This document shows, in pieces, positions 32,453 to 43,681 of a stretch of DNA of 64,000 bases. The number at the start of each line of letters is the position of its first letter. Position 1 is the first letter of the stretch. The notes under the pieces are model-generated. The model searched no databases and was not told the DNA's origin. It worked only from the letters and a program-made list of their open reading frames with translations. A program made the position numbers and the translations under genes. Source of the DNA: Naegleria gruberi (taxonomy: Eukaryota). The DNA lies in the NCBI GenBank assembly GCA_000004985.1, contig GG738868.1; one strand, 5' to 3'.

Positions 32453-35400
32453 ATGGCAACAACTGTAATGAGGATAGTTGTTGTCATTCTAATTGCATAC
32501 AAATTATACTTATTGATTATAGATCAACGTACTCAAACTACTGGAAATATTTTAGCATTGAACTATTTCAGAACAACCGATACAAAATATATGGACATTC
32601 CAACTTTACAATTGAGTATTAGGAAAAATATTACATTTTATGAAAGGAGGGAATATGGTCCTTCTCTTCAAAGAATTGATATTTACGATAATTTTGGTTA
32701 TGAGAAGGTGTTTTCATCTCGTAGAAAAGCTGAGGATTCATCTTCTGTAGTTCCAGTTACCAAATCAATTAATGGAAAGGCCACTGTTAAATTGAATAGT
32801 TTTAGTCCTGCCCTCACTCCTCCTTTTACATCTGTGCAAATTGTAAGAGGTGCTAATGCATCACAGAGTGTGTTCACAACCAAGCAACAAAGTTTGAATA
32901 TGTTATCATCAAAAGTATCAGATCCTTTGAAGATTTTATATTTAGTGAATGGTGTATTTGATTCTGGTGATTCAGTATTTTATAATAATACTGTTCATTT
33001 GTACTTGAGATTTGTTGATGACATGTCTCATATTAAACCATGTCAGATTCAAATTGGTTTATTGAATAGTGGTGTTTTGGATCTGATCAGTACGGTTGGT
33101 GTAGATGGACAAACATATATTAAGAAAGAATATCAATCCCATGCTGAAACCTATTTTGTGACTCAAAATTCTACTTGGTTAGTTCCAATAACAAGTTATG
33201 AAGGTACTGGAACTACGAGTGAGATTTCATCTGATGGTATTAATTATAATATGATTTACTTGAATTCTAAATTTAACACTCAACAGTTATATGAATTCAT
33301 GTCAAGAACAAGTATTGGTGGGGCTAGTATTGATGTGGCCAAACGATATTCAGAAAAGGGAATGACACCATCATCTTTTCTAGAATGGTCCTTCCTGATT
33401 AGCTATGTCAATAACTTTATCTACACTGAAAATACTATTCAGTGTGATCAATACGAATCCGATGTTACAGATCTAACAACTTTGTATTCAAATCCATCCA
33501 AAAATTTAAAGGAATGGATATTCAATGTTGATATTCAAATCATTGCGGATATGATAGTTGATACTTCTGATTTTTTCTATGCCCAAGTACCTAGCACATT
33601 TAGTTTTGAATCTAATAGCTTTAATTTGATAATTTTTGGTGTAACTGGTTTGTCTGAAATTGTGCAAGTAACAAACATTGAATCTCCAACAATCTCTGCT
33701 AATGGAGCTACAAAGAAATACCTTAAATTATTTGTCACAAGAACAAATCCAAAAAATTTCAAATCTGTAGAGTCACAAGGTTCAACCTTTGTCAATTCGG
33801 TTATCAATTACAAGAAGGTCAACTCACCCAATACACTTCCTCTGGAATGGGTGTTAAACGGTTTCTGGAATTGTCCATCCTCTAAATATGGAGATAACTT
33901 TTGCGATTGTGAGTGTGGATTTTCAAACTCAACCCATACCTTTCGAGATGTAGATTGTGACAATTTGCTTCCAACTTTATTTTTTGGTAATAACTTTGTT
34001 AATAATTTTATGAAAACATCCTGTGCTTCAAGTGGTAAATTCTGTTCTTCATCTGGTTCATGTATCAGTGCTCCTTATTTGAAAGCTAGCAAACCATGTT
34101 ATTACAAAGCTTCATATCTTGGAGAAAAGCAAATCGTAGGATTTTTTGGAGCTCAGTCTGATTTCAAAGAGAGTCTTTGTTCTCAATGTCTTGGTGATAC
34201 CTTCTACAATCAAGTGCCTAGTCTTTCCTTTAATAACAACAAGTACATGTGTCAATTGACTCCAAAGGGCTATCTATTTGGAAGAGATATTTTCTCTGAT
34301 CTAATGTCTGGAAAAGATTATCTGCAACCATACACAAGTGGACCAGACTTTTTAGCAACTAAATGCTTAAATATTCCTGTAAGAGTCTATGTTGGTCGCC
34401 CAGTTTTCCCAACCATTCAAACAGGTAAATATTATGAGCTAAATATTGGAGATGAATCAAATGATCAATACGTTCAATCCATGTACTTTGTTAATTTAAA
34501 TGCCACAAAAAGAACAATCAAAACTCTCAATTCTGATAAGGACCTAGTTGGTGAATCCAAGTTTGATATTCAAATTCTATGTCTCGCAGCAGAGGATAAT
34601 TTTGAAGAAATCCAACCAATGACTGGGTTTGGTGTAGTTGCTTCATCTGTTTCTTCTTATTCCAATTACATTTTTGTAGAACCAAAGAGTATCACTAGCT
34701 CAGATCCGAATATTGATTTAAGTTTCATTGGTAGATTCCCAACCAGTGGAACTTTCAAAGTCCAATTCTATGCGGGTAGTTCGTATTCTGATGGATTGTA
34801 TGATTCATACACGCAACAACCAATAATGCTAGATGTAGAAGGGGTTACCGATTTAAACGGTTTACAAATACTTCAATTAAGATCACCACCTTCATTCTCC
34901 ATTGGCCTTGCATTTGAATTGAAATCTTTCAATAATTTACAAAGAACAAATGTCACCATTCAACAATTTGCTATTGGTACTGATTTATCAGGAACTAATA
35001 TTATTGAAATGGTTGCAAAATATAAGGCAGATCCAGTTACTTATGCTCAAAGAAGACCAAGAATGCTGATTAGACCTTCTGTGAGTGATTACAGTTATAC
35101 GCAATACGTGCAAATAGATAATGTTATAATCACTAATACCTTGCCTCTAACTTATGAGATTCTTTTTGCTCAACCAGTCACATCTGATTTTGATGAGGGT
35201 GCCTTTGTGGAGTGCATAAACGACATGTCAGTTGGAACAGTGTTGATACCACTTACATTATCAAGTTCCTATGCAAGACAAGCTTATGCTCCAGCTCAAT
35301 CATTTGAAAATGTTGGTATTCCTACACCTGATTCATTCAACATCGAATACTCCATGTTTGTTGTTCCTGACAAAAAGCATTTCCCAAACTCTGATATGGA

Positions 35401-36670
35401 TGATACATTTGAACAAGTACAAAATAGTCTCTCTGATACAGTTCTCAACTTGTGTCCTCGTGCTTATTCATACGAAAAGACCAGTATTCTCCAAAGCTCA
35501 GATGTTTGGACAAATTTTACTCTCAACCCCACCAGAGGTTATCAAATTAAAAACTGTACACTTCAGGTGTGGACAAGTAGTATGGTGAATAAGCATTGTG
35601 TAGATGCTAGCAAGTCTACTAAGAACAAGTATAATGATAATTGTATCAAAGAAATGCCACCTTCTCAATCTTTGATTTATAACCATGTGATTCAATTGAA
35701 CAACAAATGGCAAAACTATTCTGTAACATCAGCATCAGACGCCTCTACAGGTGGTGCAACTCGTCCTGAATATGAATATAATTTCAAACATATTTACCAT
35801 TTCCAACATGATAATTATGCTGATGAAACAGATTCCAAGTTTGCCAGTGAATCCCCAACTAGTGGTGATAAAACTGAAGATGGAACCAATTATTTCTTCA
35901 ATGGTAAACTGAATTATATTGGAAAATCCTTCAATCAATATGTACCGGCCAATAATCCAATTCTAGATATGGAAGCAACCATTGATTTATCAGATTTCTT
36001 TGCTAAAGATGTTCTAGCAAATTCCAATGAATTAACAGCCAATTATGTGTTTAACTTCCTAGCAGAAAGTGGAACTTGGAGAGGGATTAAAACAAAAACT
36101 GAGAAAGATGTTAATGCATTTGGAAGATCCATTTTCAATGCAGTTAATATTAGATGGGATTTTTCATCGATGGAAAAGGGATCGCTCAACAACAAGTTAA
36201 CACTCACTCCAGGTAGTCAATACAATCTATTTGCTACCCTCAAAGTAACAACAGTATATTCTAGTGGAGTATTTGGAAATGCAGATATAACCAATGTTCA
36301 AGTATTTGTTCAGTCAACCTCTGTAACTCATTCAGTTTTAGATTATTTGAATAGAAACAAATGCATTTTGAATTATGTTATTCAAATTGATATGGCACAA
36401 AGTTATCAGGTGAAATTGTCTTCCGACTATACATTTCTGAGCTTCTTCAGTGATGTTGGTGCTGCATTAGGAGTAATGTCATTAGGAGTCATTGTTGTTG
36501 AATTGTGGCAATCATACATTTCACAACCTGAAATGTTTTTACATGAAGCAATTAAAGAAGAAAAGAAACTTCGTAAAAAGAAAGCTAAAGGATCTGTTGC
36601 TCCTGATATCATGGTTGGTGAAAATCTAAATGCCTCCAATTTCGTAAATAATCTAGCCTCACTCAACTAG
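32453..36670 (+). CDS. Large type I membrane glycoprotein of unknown family (N-terminal hydrophobic signal/anchor, ~1300-aa ectodomain with Cys-rich region and many N-x-S/T sites, C-terminal TM plus short basic tail)
   Basis: Uninterrupted 1405-aa ORF. N-terminal hydrophobic MATTVMRIVVVILIAYKLYLLII. Cys-rich stretch WNCPSSKYGDNFCDCECGF...CASSGKFCSSSGSCISAPY...CSQCLGD. A single C-terminal TM (FLSFFSDVGAALGVMSLGVIVVELW) is followed by KEEKKLRKKKAK. No family motif I can name. Confidence 0.6.
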   Translation: MATTVMRIVVVILIAYKLYLLIIDQRTQTTGNILALNYFRTTDTKYMDIPTLQLSIRKNITFYERREYGPSLQRIDIYDNFGYEKVFSSRRKAEDSSSVVPVTKSINGKATVKLNSFSPALTPPFTSVQIVRGANASQSVFTTKQQSLNMLSSKVSDPLKILYLVNGVFDSGDSVFYNNTVHLYLRFVDDMSHIKPCQIQIGLLNSGVLDLISTVGVDGQTYIKKEYQSHAETYFVTQNSTWLVPITSYEGTGTTSEISSDGINYNMIYLNSKFNTQQLYEFMSRTSIGGASIDVAKRYSEKGMTPSSFLEWSFLISYVNNFIYTENTIQCDQYESDVTDLTTLYSNPSKNLKEWIFNVDIQIIADMIVDTSDFFYAQVPSTFSFESNSFNLIIFGVTGLSEIVQVTNIESPTISANGATKKYLKLFVTRTNPKNFKSVESQGSTFVNSVINYKKVNSPNTLPLEWVLNGFWNCPSSKYGDNFCDCECGFSNSTHTFRDVDCDNLLPTLFFGNNFVNNFMKTSCASSGKFCSSSGSCISAPYLKASKPCYYKASYLGEKQIVGFFGAQSDFKESLCSQCLGDTFYNQVPSLSFNNNKYMCQLTPKGYLFGRDIFSDLMSGKDYLQPYTSGPDFLATKCLNIPVRVYVGRPVFPTIQTGKYYELNIGDESNDQYVQSMYFVNLNATKRTIKTLNSDKDLVGESKFDIQILCLAAEDNFEEIQPMTGFGVVASSVSSYSNYIFVEPKSITSSDPNIDLSFIGRFPTSGTFKVQFYAGSSYSDGLYDSYTQQPIMLDVEGVTDLNGLQILQLRSPPSFSIGLAFELKSFNNLQRTNVTIQQFAIGTDLSGTNIIEMVAKYKADPVTYAQRRPRMLIRPSVSDYSYTQYVQIDNVIITNTLPLTYEILFAQPVTSDFDEGAFVECINDMSVGTVLIPLTLSSSYARQAYAPAQSFENVGIPTPDSFNIEYSMFVVPDKKHFPNSDMDDTFEQVQNSLSDTVLNLCPRAYSYEKTSILQSSDVWTNFTLNPTRGYQIKNCTLQVWTSSMVNKHCVDASKSTKNKYNDNCIKEMPPSQSLIYNHVIQLNNKWQNYSVTSASDASTGGATRPEYEYNFKHIYHFQHDNYADETDSKFASESPTSGDKTEDGTNYFFNGKLNYIGKSFNQYVPANNPILDMEATIDLSDFFAKDVLANSNELTANYVFNFLAESGTWRGIKTKTEKDVNAFGRSIFNAVNIRWDFSSMEKGSLNNKLTLTPGSQYNLFATLKVTTVYSSGVFGNADITNVQVFVQSTSVTHSVLDYLNRNKCILNYVIQIDMAQSYQVKLSSDYTFLSFFSDVGAALGVMSLGVIVVELWQSYISQPEMFLHEAIKEEKKLRKKKAKGSVAPDIMVGENLNASNFVNNLASLN

Positions 36671-36949
36671 AATAAATCTTAATTTTTCCTCACATATATT
36701 AAAACAAACTTTCCTCACAAGTTTAGCAAAACAACCAAAGCTGGGATTTGATTCATCATTTTTTTTGTAGATTGTGCTTGGCGGCAATCCTCTTTAGCAA
36801 ATGGGAAATTGCAAAAGCGCGAGAAGTCCAAATTTGTTCTTAACAAACAAGGAATTGTTACTCTTTACATCAAGTTTGATGATGCAAAACAACAGCCAGG
36901 AGAATAATCGAGTCAATAACTCCAGGTGTCTATTACTTGACTCAAAAAA

Positions 36950-38333
<1,384 letters not shown>

Positions 38334-38394
38334 ATTGTAATTCTAATGTCAGTAAAAATGTAAATTTATTTGTGCCATCAATGATTTTGAAAAT

Positions 38395-39861
38395 TTGGCG
38401 CCATTTTTCTACAGAAAAAAAACAATAAAAAAATCGAAAATAATGCTCTCGACTCCAGCCTCTCCAAACAAGCACGTTTCAAGACAGAAGAACACTACAA
38501 GAAATTGGAAATCAAAGAGTAATTCGGATTATACAGTTTCTCCAATTTATGCCCTTAGAGTGAGTGCTGTTATTGAGGACACGTTAGAAAAATTGCAATT
38601 ATTAGATTTACTCTCGGGTGATATCAAGGAATTTATGGGAAGTGATGACCAAGAAAAGGAAGAAGATGAAGATGCTCTCGATCAAGAGACAAATGCTGTA
38701 GCTAATATTTTGGAGGATCAAAAAGTATTGGGAAAGAGATATGAACAATTATCATTCTTTTTAAGAGCAAACAAACAAGATAATCACATGTCTCAATCAC
38801 TGGAGGAAATCAATAAGGTTAAAGATGAATTGGAAATGATTCAAAGAAAGTTAAAAGATAACACTAAAAAGTTGTGTAGAAATTTGAAAGAAACACCAAA
38901 TGAATTGGAAAATTGGAAGAAAATTCAATCTGAAAGACATGAAATTCAAACAATATTCGTGACTCTTCTGAGAGAAATTCAAGCTGGATTGATTCCTCCT
39001 CAAGCCAAATCAACTATTCCTAAAAATAGAGGTCTTAACTACTCTACTGTTGTTGAAGAAAATGACGAAGAAGAAAGTGAAACAGTCTCAGTACCACAAA
39101 GTATTATTCCTGATGTACCATATGAATCATTTATGAAGAAAGTTGCTGAAGAAAAAGAAAAGAAACAATATTTACAACACATCACAGAAATTGAAAGTAA
39201 AACTTTAGAACAAGTCAATAAGCTAAAGATTGAAGTAATCAAAGAAAAAGAATTAAAGAAGACTGAAGTTGATGACAGAAGTACAAAGGTGAATACATTA
39301 CTTAACAAGTTGAGAAAGTTGAAGAAGCTCACTGCAGATGAAGATTCAAAGACAAAGGCAACAGAGGAAGCTTCTCACGAATCGAGAAGAAGAAGAGAAG
39401 CAAGCACTCTCCACAAACTTGAATCAGAATCTCGATCTAAAAACATAGAGTTAGAAGTGGAGAAGAATGTGTTTTCTCAGATTAAAAACTTTTTAGAAAA
39501 GAAAACAGATGAATTAAAAAGAAAGGGTGAATACTGGAGAGAGAAATATGAAAAGGAATCAGAAGAATTAAGATCCAAGATTATTCAATGGGAAGCCATG
39601 AGAGAAGAACAAATAGAAAAGCTTAAAAGGCTCGAGGAAAAGTTTGAGTTAGAAACTCAAGATAAGCAAGTTCAAGAAGATGTAGATGCTACAACAAAGG
39701 CAAAAGAGAAGGATGATGCAGAAAAGAAGATTCAAATGTCTGCTGATGTTATCAAAATGGCTTTCAAGTGCTACAAAGCTAGAGAAGATTTTGCTAATCG
39801 TAAAAAGAAAAAGAAGACAAGAAGCGCAAGTAACCCAAAGAGTGCAGGTTCTTCTAAGTAA
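38395..39861 (+). CDS. Coiled-coil protein with a C-terminal IQ-like calmodulin-binding motif
   Basis: 488-aa ORF (the alternative ATG at 38443 is also plausible). It has long heptad-rich E/K segments and a C-terminal IQMSADVIKMAFKCYKAREDFANRKKKKK resembling an IQ motif. Architecture is reminiscent of IQCG/DRC9-like axonemal proteins, but the assignment is not secure. Confidence 0.5.
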   Translation: MAPFFYRKKTIKKSKIMLSTPASPNKHVSRQKNTTRNWKSKSNSDYTVSPIYALRVSAVIEDTLEKLQLLDLLSGDIKEFMGSDDQEKEEDEDALDQETNAVANILEDQKVLGKRYEQLSFFLRANKQDNHMSQSLEEINKVKDELEMIQRKLKDNTKKLCRNLKETPNELENWKKIQSERHEIQTIFVTLLREIQAGLIPPQAKSTIPKNRGLNYSTVVEENDEEESETVSVPQSIIPDVPYESFMKKVAEEKEKKQYLQHITEIESKTLEQVNKLKIEVIKEKELKKTEVDDRSTKVNTLLNKLRKLKKLTADEDSKTKATEEASHESRRRREASTLHKLESESRSKNIELEVEKNVFSQIKNFLEKKTDELKRKGEYWREKYEKESEELRSKIIQWEAMREEQIEKLKRLEEKFELETQDKQVQEDVDATTKAKEKDDAEKKIQMSADVIKMAFKCYKAREDFANRKKKKKTRSASNPKSAGSSK

Positions 39862-39879
39862 ATGTAAATAATATTTTAA

Positions 39880-41435
39880 TTAAAAATTCTTGTCAATTTG
39901 CAATGCTTTGTCTGTAGTTACAATAAAGGTGTCCTTATAATTAATTGAATTGAGTTTAGGGTCAATATCAATATTTTGCCAAACTGGATCTGCTTTACCA
40001 GGAATAATAATACTAAGATCTACTCCCACAATCATTTCTGATTCAAATTGTTCTACAACCAAAGGAGAATCCAACCAATCAAATAAATTTTGAGATATAA
40101 AATATTTAGACAGTCCCTCCTTATAAATAGTTTCGAATAAATCCTCGCTAGAAAGAGTTGGAGTGATCACACCCAATGAAATTAATGATCTCATTGTGTT
40201 ATTGGAAATTAATTCTTGGATATGTGTTGGGTGAGATCCGTGAACCAAATTTGACTTGATTAATTTCAAGTTATCCTCTATTGTTGATACAAGTCTTCCA
40301 TCTAAAGTGAAATTATTTCCAACTACAAATGTCCTAGCAAGAGTTAATCTATTGTTAAAATAAGAGTAAGTCACTTCAATAGAGAATGTTTGTGAGTCTC
40401 CGCTGCCATATAAATGAGTTATTGGCTCTTCAACAAGCTTTGAAATCCAACTATTTCTTAATGGTGATGAAATGCAATTTTCAAGGCTTTGGTAGAATTG
40501 CTCCACAATAGTATTCTTAAGAGATTGTTGTAAACTTGTTGATTGAGAAAGATAGTTTTTAACTTTTTGAAAACTATTGGATATCAATTCTGAAGCATAG
40601 TAAAGAGAGTCTCTATCAAATGATCCTTTAATAGATCTGGATCCAGTAATTTTAGCCAAAATTGCTTCATTGTTTTCAATTGTTAAGTTAAGCGGATTGT
40701 AAGCAGTGTTCTTTCCAAGAATTACAAACTCAGAGGTAGCCAAATATTTCTCACAAATAGACTCATCAAAAATGTTTTCCACTGGAATTTGATCAAAGTA
40801 TTTAGTATTATGTCCAGATCCAATAATGCAAATGAATGATTTGGAATTTGTCAAAAATAAGAGCACATCATCTTTGTAATATTCAGGGATTGAAAAACCA
40901 GTCAAGTAACTATGATTCTCTTTGAATAATGCTTTACCAACAAGTATACATACCTTATCTCTGAAGGATATTCTGAATATGGCAAATAAACAGCCTCCTT
41001 CTCCTTAATTCCAAAACTCATTTGAATTAATCTTCTTGATTCTTTATATTTTTCTATATCCATTGGATAAGTTTGATTAAAATTAATTGAACAATAACTA
41101 GTGTTATTATCTACAACATTGAAATATGTTTTAAAGTGAATATATAAAGAGAAGCCTAAAACCAAAGCTAATCCAATTAATAGAAATACAGTAATCATAA
41201 ATACACAAAATAATCTATTAAATTTCTTCTTTTGATGTAATTCATTCTTCTTGGCTTGAAACAATGGATCAGCTTGTACTTCCTGTTCTAAATCATCTCC
41301 AAAGTAACCATGGTTATTCTTTTTTTCTCCTAAAAACAATTCTTCATCATCATCCTCCTCCGTAATAAAAGCATGTTGTGGTTGATTATGAAACTCGGCT
41401 TCATCATCAGAGAAAGTCACTCTGAATTGATTCAT
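39880..41435 (-). CDS. Type II (signal-anchor) membrane protein of unknown function (exons 40954..41435 and 39880..40909; 44-nt intron)
   Basis: An acidic cytosolic N-terminus is followed by a TM helix (LFCVFMITVFLLIGLALVLGFSLYI) and a ~440-aa lumenal domain. The GTATGT donor after ...YPSEI and the acceptor ...AATCATAG restore the downstream frame (...YPSEI-S-YLTGFSIPEYY...). The topology resembles Golgi glycosyltransferases, but no family motif was recognised. Confidence 0.55.
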
Positions 41436-42225
41436 TTTTTTATGATGGTTAAATTAGCATTTATGGCTTTTTAATTAGAAAGTAATTAGATGTGATGAAT
41501 AAGCAATACAATTAAAACGTTGATTGTTATTATTAGTATTCTATTAACGAAATTTGAAGATTTTAGAATCGGATGTTACAATCCAAAAGAACTTCCATAT
41601 CTGAAATTAATATTTAAGATATTAATTTTAACAAAAACATTTATTTTGAATTTAAACAGAATGATTAAAATTCATTAGTTTTCATTTATTTTTTAATTAT
41701 TATTTATTTTTAAATAATCGTCTCTAAGGTCGTTATGATAGAAGAGACATTCATAAAATTACAATTTATTATTTTTTTAATAAGTATTTTATTTGAATAA
41801 GTTTTAATGCTGGCAATCTTATTTTTCATGTTATTGCGTTGACACTTATTCACCTTGACTTAAATATTTATCGAGGAAATAGTTCATTACTTGTTGCTCA
41901 TCTCGTTATCATTGTTTTAGATCAAAATGTCATCTCATCGGGTATTCAATATTGCCCCATCTCAGAAGATGATTATCCATAGTAATAAGGCTCAATTGTC
42001 GTAATTTTGAAATATCTTTGTTTTTGGTTTGAATTGAATAGGTTCATTGGTATTGTTGGACTCAACCTTGACAATCTCTAATTGGAGAATTTTAGTTTGT
42101 CATCGTCTTAAAACGTCGGCCCAATGCTTGTTAATGCACAAGTTTGGCGCTTGAAAAATTGTAACAGTCAACAACCCATTTTGGGCAAAAAATGAAGAAC
42201 CAGCATAAAAAAAGCACAAATAAAA

Positions 42226-42918
42226 ATGTTGAGAAGAGTTATCAGCAAGTCCCTCACCTCATTCAAATATAACCAAAAGCCATACCACACCGCTTTGGCT
42301 GTTTTGTCTGAAGACAAGGTCGCCAACAAACCATACGACAAGGAAGCTATCAAGGTTAGAATGAACCCAACTCCACAACCATCACAAGAAGACCCAGAAC
42401 TTGAAAACTATTGGTTGAACTTGCCTACAGTCTTTGAAAGAGCTGTTGGTTCTGAACGTGCTGAATTGTTGGACCCTACTCTCTTCGATGATCACCTTGT
42501 AAGTTTTTGAAAAAGACATCATCATGTTGTATTAACATTTTCCTTAAAATTTTTATTCAATTTTTATGATGACGATTTAATGATGATGAATTTAAAATAG
42601 CCTGAAGTTGTTGATATTGAATCCGGTGTTGGATCATCCCTTTTCAACCCAATTATTGTTGCCTCTAGAGGTGAACCAGAACGTGTTGTTGGTTGTTTGG
42701 GTGAATGTTGGAAGGCTAACGATATTGACTACCATACTACTGATATGCAATTCTGGGTTATGAAGGAAAATACTTTCTCAGTTTGCGACGAATGTGGTTT
42801 GATCTTCTACTGTGCTTCTGATGAAGTCATGGCTCAAATCGAAATTTGGGAAACTCTTGAAGAAGAAAAGGCTTCTCAACAAATTGAACAATCTGTTGAA
42901 TATCCACAATTGAATTAA
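42226..42918 (+). CDS. Cytochrome c oxidase zinc-binding subunit (COX5B/yeast Cox4-like) (exons 42226..42498 and 42601..42918; 102-nt intron)
   Basis: Presequence-like N-terminus. The second exon carries the Cys pairs VVGCLGE...FWVMKEN...VCDECGLIFY, arranged as in COX Vb (VGC...WFWLHKGE...CPxCG..YKLV). Confidence 0.6.
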
Positions 42919-43206
42919 ATCTAGCTTAAATTTTGTACCAGAAACAAGGGCATAAAAAAAAGCAAATTAAAGACGACAGGGTGTTTCTTTAGTTCTGAAA
43001 ATTATTAATGTTTAATGTTCTTCCATTAATATCTTAAATATTTAAGTTTAAAATAAATTTTAGTTAAGATATTGCACTTTTAATCAAAGAGAAAGCCAAA
43101 TTTTGAAGAGGCTGTTGTTCTTCCTCCAGCTTGTGTTCTCTGCAAGCATCAATAGGACTTGGGCGGGCAGAAAAGAATTTTGTAATGTGATTAAATTTAA
43201 AAAAAA

Positions 43207-43632
43207 ATGGGTAAGAGAAGTATTTTGAAGCGTTTCTCTCGTATTGCCTCAAAGGTTGGAAAGGCCACCGAAAAGAAGGCTCTCGGCATGGAAAGTTCTA
43301 TGGCCACTTCTATCAATTCATTTGCTGGAGATAAATATGTTAGTGAATTAAATACTCTTGAATCTTTTGATGAAATTACTAGAGTCCAAAGAGAAGCTAG
43401 AGAAAGATATATTAAACTCACTGCTGCCGCTTTCCCACACAAAGTCACCCAATTCAAGAAGGAATTTTCTTACTTCAGAGAACTCCTCAGCAAGCCAGGT
43501 GAAATCACTGTTGGTGAATTGGCTGCTTTTGCTACTGCTCTCGTTGCCGGTTATATTTTGTATCGTGGAGGTGAAATCATTGGCCGTGCTGACATCTTCG
43601 GATATAAATATGAACATCTTGAACAAAAGTAA
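43207..43632 (+). CDS. ATP20: Mitochondrial F1Fo ATP synthase subunit g (Atp20-like)
   Basis: 141-aa ORF. The C-terminus ...FATALVAGYILYRGGEIIGRADIFGYKYEH matches the subunit-g GxxxG TM and the ...VGEIIGRRKLVGYKHH ending of yeast Atp20. HKVTQFKKEFSYFREL is also similar to the Atp20 mid-region. Confidence 0.65.
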   Translation: MGKRSILKRFSRIASKVGKATEKKALGMESSMATSINSFAGDKYVSELNTLESFDEITRVQREARERYIKLTAAAFPHKVTQFKKEFSYFRELLSKPGEITVGELAAFATALVAGYILYRGGEIIGRADIFGYKYEHLEQK

Positions 43633-43681
43633 ATATGATCAAATATTAGCAATATAGGGCGATTTATAAATTAAAAATTAA

